NCBI GenBank assembly: GCA_046563655.1
Contig: CM102285.1
Location: forward strand, 10,664,001-10,728,000
Length of the DNA stretch: 64,000 bases
Reading direction: 5' to 3'
DNA from: Yuukianura sp. NJ FZ-2021
Taxonomy: Eukaryota
Shown here in pieces: positions 52,508-64,000 of this stretch. A program made the position numbers and the translations under genes. Every line of letters starts with the position of its first letter. Within the stretch, counting starts at the first letter, position 1. The notes under the pieces were generated by a model. It was not told where the DNA came from. It did not search any database and was given only the letters and a program-made list of their open reading frames with translations.

Positions 52508-53085
52508 TTTTGTCGGAAATCCGTAGCCGTTGCAGTTTGACTCGAAAATCAAGCTCTGATTAATTTCGTCGCTAAATAATTTAATATGAACACATCCATC
52601 AACTTAAAAAAGGCGACAGATTGGTATTAATAGCACAGCGTCTGTTCCAATGTTTTCGGCATATAGTTTAGGTGTCATTGCCTTTCTCATAAGTTATGGA
52701 ACCATACATTTCTGCTTGTCCTGATGTGGAAAAATATTAATTACTAAATTGTCTCAAATTATAGTACGAAAATGATATTTTATTGCAAATTCGAAAGTAT
52801 TGGATGATTTTCTTGGCTTTCGCGTATTTTCGGACATTTGTGGCACATCACATCTTTGCGATCGTTCGCGGCTACTGCAAGACGATGAATCCCTTAGCGT
52901 ACGGACAATGACCTTAAACAACCGTTGAACATTAATCACGTCGTTAAGTCGCTCAGTAAATGTAGTGGCGTACTTCGGGTTATTCCCGTCGAAACTGTAA
53001 AATGCTGAATTTGGAAAATTACAATTTTGAACAAATTGAATGCCGTTCATGCAGTATTTAAACGATTTGCCGTATTGTTTGCATA

Positions 53086-53093
53086 TATAAAAG
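53086..53093 (+). promoter_or_regulatory. Candidate TATA box of carboxypeptidase 3
   Basis: TATAAAAG about 70 bp upstream of the ATG at 53161. Confidence 0.45.
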
Positions 53094-53160
53094 CAAAAGT
53101 TAGAAAAAGTCTTTATTCTTCCATTCTCGTTTCTCTTGCAATTGTTTTCTTTGCTACAAA

Positions 53161-55183
53161 ATGAATTTTCGTTTATTCTTAGTTTTACTGCTTGCTTCCT
53201 TTTGTTCGCCTACTTTTCCTCTAAAACTAGAATCTATTAGAAGAAGTTTTGATGGGTAAAAGCTTTTGATTTCTATTTGAAAATAAAAAAATTTACGAGA
53301 GCTTAATTTCAGCATATTTTGATTTGTTGAATATAGGTTCCAAGTTCTCAGAGCGAATGTGTCAACTGCAAAACAACTGAAACTTGTACAAGAGCTGGAA
53401 GAGGAGAATCATCACTTGGACTTCTGGACATTCCCTTCTACTTCAAGGGGTACAGATATTATGGTTCCCTTGGAATATTTGGAATCCTTGAAACAGAATT
53501 TAAGATCAGCGCACGTACCGTTTAGCGTCATGATTGAAGATCTTGAGAGGTAATGTTTCTCAACATAAAAAATATTTAATAAGTGATGTATAGATTTTGG
53601 TTTTAGTTTATAAAACAAATTTTGGCTTCTTTCTTTAGAGTTGTGACTCGAGAGAAAAAAGAAATTGATTCAGCAAAATCTCGGGTCGTATCGAACAACA
53701 TTAATTGGGAAGCGTATCATCCATTTGATTCTGTAGGTAGAATTTTTCCGCTTCTCCAGTTCCGAAAAAATAAATGCCACAAACGTAAGCAATAATTTTT
53801 TTTAACTAATTTAACTTTTAGATTTCGAATTGGTTGGACAAATTGGCTTCTGAGTATCCGGAGATTTGTACGGCTGAGGTTATTGGTCATAGCAGTGAGG
53901 GCAGAGAATTGAAATTGATAAAGATTTCGTTACGAAATGGAAAAAGACGCGGAGAAAAGCCTTCGATTTGGATTGATGCTGGAATTCATGCTAGAGAATG
54001 GATTTCACCTGCTACAGGTTTACTACTTTGAATTATTTCAAACAAAATCACAAATTACAGAATGAAATGACTTTTTTTAAAATGTATTGTTTATTTTACA
54101 GCTACTTTCTTCATAAACGAATTAGTCACAAAGAGCAAGGCCTACTCCGAATTTCTCGAAAAGGTTGACTTCTACATTCTTCCGGTTGTGAATCCAGATG
54201 TAAGACTCCCATTTTCTATTCTTGAAAAATCGTGCAAGAAGCAAATTGACAGCAATTTTATGTTTTAATAGGGCTATGCATACACTTGGACACAAGATAG
54301 ATTGTGGAGGAAGACGAGGTCTCATCACTCTTCAAAGTTTTCAACGACGCGGGCAGAATGTCGCGGTGTCGACGCAAACAGGAATTTTGGCCACAAGTTT
54401 GGTGGAGCTGGAACAAGTTCTGATCCATGTTCGGACATTTTTCGTGGGTGAGGGAAAAAAAAATCTCGAAAAGTTGATTTTTCAAACTGAATCGAGGCAT
54501 TTATCGAAAAATTAAACAGTTAAGTAATTAAAATCACATAATCGACGTGTTGCTTTCAGGCCACAGCCGTTTTCTGAACCAGAAACTAGGTGTATTCGAG
54601 ACTTCATTTCGAAAACTCGCAGTATCCGGGCCTACCTGACGCTCCATTCGTACTCGCAAGTATGAAAAATCAACTCGAAACTAAACAAAAATTGTACGAT
54701 TCAAAAACTTCGTTTTCTGTTAGGTTTGGGTATACCCTTGGGGATACGCTTCTGAACTACCTCCGGACTGGAAGGAACTTGTAAGTAGCATGATTTAGAC
54801 AAGAATTCAGAAGAGTATCATTCCATTAAAAATTTTATTGCAGGATTCTCTGGCAAGACAAGCAGTTACAGCGGTCAAGCAGAAATACCGTACATCGTAC
54901 ACTGTTGGCAGTTCGACGAACGTGTTGTATGCAGCAGCAGGCGGAAGTGACGATTGGGCTAAAAGTGTAAATATCAAGTACTCTTACACTATTGAGCTGA
55001 GGGACACTGGCAGAAATGGTGAGATTTAAAATAGGATTCAAAAATTTAGAAGACGAAAGTTTTAAAATGGCCTCTCTCCCTCCAGGATTTCTTCTCCCGG
55101 CATCTTTAATCAAACCAACTGCTCTGGAAACTTGGGATGGCGTTCAAGTTGTTGCACGACATATTGCAGCAACAGAACAGTGA
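53161..55183 (+). CDS. M14A zinc procarboxypeptidase 3 (Asp255; carboxypeptidase B-like)
   Basis: Signal peptide MNFRLFLVLLLASFCSP, pro-domain, [61 protein letters not shown]; stop at 55181-55183. Confidence 0.94.
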
Positions 55184-55847
55184 ACAACGTTGTCAGCGTT
55201 TTGAAGAAATAGTTAAGAATTGGCCCTTTTTTTAGTTTTTAGTACCTTGAAATGAATTTGTTTTACGTTAAAAACTTATTTTAATTATTTGCCATAATAA
55301 AGCATTTATTTCGATTACGTGATTCGCAATTTTATTATTCTAAAGTCATTAGGAAATTATCATTAAATAGCTTTATGAACAAGGGAATTTTTTCTGTGCT
55401 GTTTCTTGCTATCGGACGAAAAATTTAAAAATTCTACCCTTGATTTGTTATTCAAAATATCAGGAAAACAATTAACTAATTTTCATGTGGCGTCTGGTTG
55501 TAGCAATGGTTATTTCAAATAACACTTTAAAGTTTTAAAATTTAAAATTAGAAATAAACTAATTTTTGCAATGAATAACAATAAATTCTTCATACTTTAG
55601 CCTTTCATTTCACGTTGCAAAGCAATATTTCGCGTTATTTCTTGCAAAAATTCAAAGTTTTGCAAATTTTGAAAAAAAAATCACTCGACTATGCCACAGG
55701 AATTTGTTGAAAATTAGCCAAATTTTAGATTTTCGTTTTAAGGCTTTAAAATATTCTTCGGATCATTCTAAGAACAATCGTGAAGGAATTAGCAATTTAG
55801 CGCATTGCGTTCCGGAGATATGAATTTTTAAAGTTTCTGAATTTTTG

Positions 55848-56077
55848 GAAAGAGATTTTCCATTTGGAGGCAGAGGAACCTGCTTGAAAAGTGTCCGGAG
55901 CTATGCGGAGATTAGGCGACCCAAGAAGGCTCCCCACCTTTTTCAACTTTTTCCCGCTGGCGGCCTCCCCATACAAAAATCCAAAAAGCAGAGAGAGGCT
56001 ACCTGCCTCTTTGGGCCGTACGATCCCCTGTCTACTTTTCTGCTCTGCCAAAGGCCTCCCATGTTAAAAACTCTTTC
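55848..56077. repeat. Palindromic MITE-like repeat, copy 1
   Basis: Starts GAAAGAGATT and ends AACTCTTTC. Its right arm GGCCGTACGATCCCCT...CCCATGTTAAAAACTCTTTC is the reverse complement of the start of copy 2. Confidence 0.6.
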
Positions 56078-56740
56078 GAAACTTGAACTTGGAGCTCACG
56101 CTCATTTCCACAGCTAGTACTTTTCTACGACTGAAGTCCACAGGTAGTACATCGCATGCATCTCCTTTGCAAATATCTTTACACTTAATTTCGCATAAAA
56201 TTTGCAAAGAATCTTACCTTCAAAATTTTCTGAAATTTCGATATAAAAAACGTTTGTACGGGATATCTTTTTTGCTCTCTCATGCAAAAGACTTTAAAAA
56301 CTTGCAAAACAAAAAACACAAGCGCAGTTCATCATTTGTTATTGTTCCTCTTTTAGAAAATTTTAAAAATTTCAGTGTTGCAACGATTTATGCTACTCGT
56401 TCGCTCGATCCATGTTGCGAAACATTTTCACACATAATGTAGTGCCAAAATGTTTGACACCTCAAAAACGCATCATCACAATTTTATTGAAATTTCAAAA
56501 AGTCAAAAGTTGAGAAGGCTATATAATTTTCAAAGTTTTTGAAAATCTTCGAAAACGTTTTCGAAAAAAAAACAAGTCTATGATTTTTTTCAAAATTTTC
56601 TCAAAATTTTAGGATAGCTTTTTAAAATTTTTATAAAATACTACATGTTTTTGTGAGTTCAGCCCCGAAGAGTTTACCTTTTTATCGGTTTCCATTCCAA
56701 AGTTATGATTTTTTAAATTTTTTGATTTTTTAAATTTTCT

Positions 56741-56950
56741 GAAAGAGATTTAACATGGGGAAGTAGGGGAGTCTGTTTCAAAAGTGACCGGAGCTGCAAG
56801 GGGATCGTACGGCCGAGAAAGGCTCCATGCCCATCGCCCACTTCAACTTTTTTCCCGCAACTGGCTTTGGCCGCGAAGCAGAAGAGGGGTGTCTCTCTTC
56901 GTGCTGTATAAGACCCTATCTCAATTCTACCAAATTCCCACTCGCACTTT
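56741..56950. repeat. Palindromic MITE-like repeat, copy 2
   Basis: Colinear with copy 1: GAAAGAGATT..AAAAGTG.CCGGAGCT..AAGGCTCC..TTCAACTTTTTCCCGC. Confidence 0.6.
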
Positions 56951-57829
56951 CCATTTCCACTGATCACAAAACTTTTAAAATTGCAACTTTTTAGCGATTT
57001 CTTTGACTTTATCGCTCGGATCAAGTTGCGGATCAATAGTTTATGCAATTTGATGCAAAAAATAAATAACAAAATGTAACTTTAAAATTTCTTTAATGTA
57101 TCATAAGTTTTATGGATTTTGCAAAGGAAAAAATTGCGTAAGTCTTTTTTATGCTTGTAAAGTTAACGTTTTATATACGTATAAATTCCCTGACTTAATC
57201 TGATTTTACGAAATGATTTGAAAAAGTAAACTTTTATGTTTTTAATAATAATTGAATTTTTCGAGGTAACCACGAATACTATTTTATTTAATTTTCTTGC
57301 TATTTCCTCACGCCGTATTAACATTTTTATATTTTCTTACCCTGAAATGCTGCGTAAAACCGAGCAGGAAAATAATTAATTTTCAAACGGCGGTTGGTTT
57401 TAGCAATTAAGCATAAGACATTGTATCTTGTACAATTTTTAAAGAAAAGGAGAATTTGAGCTTTCCATTAACTTCTGTTCCTGCAAAAGCCCCTGCAGTT
57501 GCAGCATATCACTTCGAGTCATTTGGGGAAAGTATTTTGAATCAATTATGAAAATTCAAAAATGTATTCATACAAAAAACAAAACAAAAACAAAAAACTA
57601 CATGTCAGAAATTAGACAAAACGACTACGAAAACCATATTGCGTAGTGATTCGACTTTTACAACAGGAAACTACACGGGAAAGGAACGTATTCTAAGCAA
57701 ATACAACAAAAAGAAAAGCTTTGAATTTAACAGTCACTGGAATTACTAAACTTATTACATATCTACGCGCTGTAATTTAGTAACAAGATACAATTAATTA
57801 ATTGCAGATTCTGTCCGCACTTTCAGTCT

Positions 57830-62468
<4,639 letters not shown>

Positions 62469-62839
62469 TTCCAAAGTCGGTGTCGCGTCCCCGTCGTACT
62501 ACGTTAGGCTTACGTACTCGAAGTCGCACGTATATTCACAGTGACAAATTCTCAATGTCACTCACAGTACTCTTTGTGTGATTCCCTTTGATGTGTCTCA
62601 CCTGAAATGAAAAGGAAATAAATTCAATGATTAGAATCTGAACATACTTATTAGATTCGCAGGCTTCACGAATAAAAAGAAACTGTTAGAAAGAGTGAAG
62701 AGTCCGATCAAAGTCAAATCGTTAAGCAAACTTTGGAATGATCATTTTCTTAAAATCTATCAAGAAATCGTTGAATTTTAACTATAAATAGTTCCAAAAT
62801 TTGGGTTGGATGTGGGTAAGGTTTAACAAGCCCAACAAG

Positions 62840-63018
62840 CGTCATAGCCACTTTTCGGCTTACATAAGGTTACGCGGCTACTTAAATTGCCACTTAAGAT
62901 TAGACTTGGATAGGTTAGAGCGGATACAAATGTTGCCACTCATTGTAGCCACACAAGATGGCCGGAGTGGCTACACCGTGCGGCTACAACAATGACACTC
63001 GTTAAACCTTGCCTAAAC
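62840..63018 (+). repeat. Second, more degenerate copy of the TTAGG/GTGGCTAC repeat family
   Basis: GCCACTCATTGTAGCCACACAAGATGGCCGGAGTGGCTACACCGTGCGGCTACAA..TGAC..TCGTTAAACCTT aligns to 32208-32290. Confidence 0.8.
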
Positions 63019-63490
63019 CAAAATTGCCTTAACCAAATTACTACGTAATTTAAGAATACTGTACACAATCTCTCCCAGTTCGATGAGCAGAAAAGAATTA
63101 ACACTACCCAACCAGGGGTGCGTGCGTTGTCTTTGGTATGATTCGTTAATTACCAGAAATAATTAAAGTCCTTGTTCTAGTTTCTTGTAATCCAAATTCT
63201 AAAACCTAAACCGTGAGCTTAAAAAACCGAAGAAAGACAGAAGCACAAGCACATGTTCTGTTGGGCACCTAATACTCTGAATAACACAAAAATGCCCTGT
63301 TCGTTCGTTTCTCACCCATCGCATCAGCTGCTGAACTCCTGCGACGCGACAATCTACCTAATCTCAATCTCTATCTATTACTACATACTAATGAGCTACT
63401 GTAATTCCGGAATTGTACAGCAACCCATAGTTTGTTGACTTCGACGTCCATGATGACCACATATTGTGTTTAGCACGAGAATGAATGCTC

Positions 63491-63832
63491 CATACTCCGA
63501 AACCTCGAGTTTCCGAGGGGGGTGTCCCGACGGCAAATCAGGGTGGGGGGTGTCCCGTGAGGTACCGATTTTCGTGTTAAAGCACAAAAATGGCTTGAAA
63601 ACATTGCTCGCGCCGTAGGCGCGACGAAATTTTGAGTTTTTGACGCTCAAAATTGGTGAAAAGCCTCGAAATACATTAGAAAAGTAGCCATCGCGCCGAA
63701 GGCGCGACCGATTTTCGTATTTTAGGTCTCTTCGAGAGCGTTCGGACACCCCTGAGAGCCGGGGGGTGTCCCTCGGACCTCCCCTCGAGGGGGGTGTCCC
63801 CGAAATACATAGACTAGAGGTTTCGGAGTATG
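63491..63832. mobile_element. MITE (342 bp), P- or hAT-type, with 16-bp TIR and 8-bp TSD
   Basis: TIR CATACTCCGAAACCTC / GAGGTTTCGGAGTATG; TSD GAATGCTC at 63483-63490 and 63833-63840; four GGGGGTGTCC motifs and two CGCGCCGWAGGCGCG hairpins inside. Confidence 0.93.
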
Positions 63833-63900
63833 GAATGCTCCACGCTTATTTCCCCTAACTCTGTAACACCTTAATTTTTTTTATTAATCTCACATCGGCG

Positions 63901-63990
63901 GTTGGATTATACCCATATGGCATGGGCGCATGTTAAAGAAATTTTTCTAAGTTTTTAACATGCGCCCACATGACATGGGTATAATCCAGC
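63901..63990. repeat. ~90-bp foldback palindrome
   Basis: GGATTATACCCAT / ATGGGTATAATCC outer arms and TGGGCGCATGTTAAA / TTTAACATGCGCCCA inner arms. Confidence 0.85.
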
Positions 63991-64000
63991 AGGAATTTTA

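Noticed and set aside
63396..63749. 117-aa minus-strand ORF
   Set aside because: Lies mostly within the MITE; no transposase motif.

Overview
Gene-dense, intron-rich eukaryotic DNA with many 60-100 nt introns. Gene content and TTAGG tracts indicate an arthropod, plausibly a basal hexapod such as a springtail (inference). I reconstructed 12 spliced genes by hand: aquaporin (+), Sex-lethal-like RRM gene (+), CPSF1 (+), annulin-like transglutaminase (-), Nup210 (+), GDE1-like phosphodiesterase (+), a canonical-type noggin (-), an RFX5/7-type transcription factor (-) whose DNA-binding domain is split over exons the ORF track misses, three M14A carboxypeptidases (-,-,+) and NVL AAA-ATPase (-). Mobile DNA includes a 2235-bp non-autonomous LTR element with apparently identical 412-bp LTRs and a 5-bp TSD, a 342-bp MITE with 16-bp TIRs and an 8-bp TSD, and several palindromic or TTAGG-bearing repeats. 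Highlights are the intron-containing noggin with clip and nine Cys, the very young non-coding LTR element, and the carboxypeptidase triad with F/R/D at the specificity position. No database searches were run; exon boundaries are manual and approximate. I found no wholly new multi-gene system.
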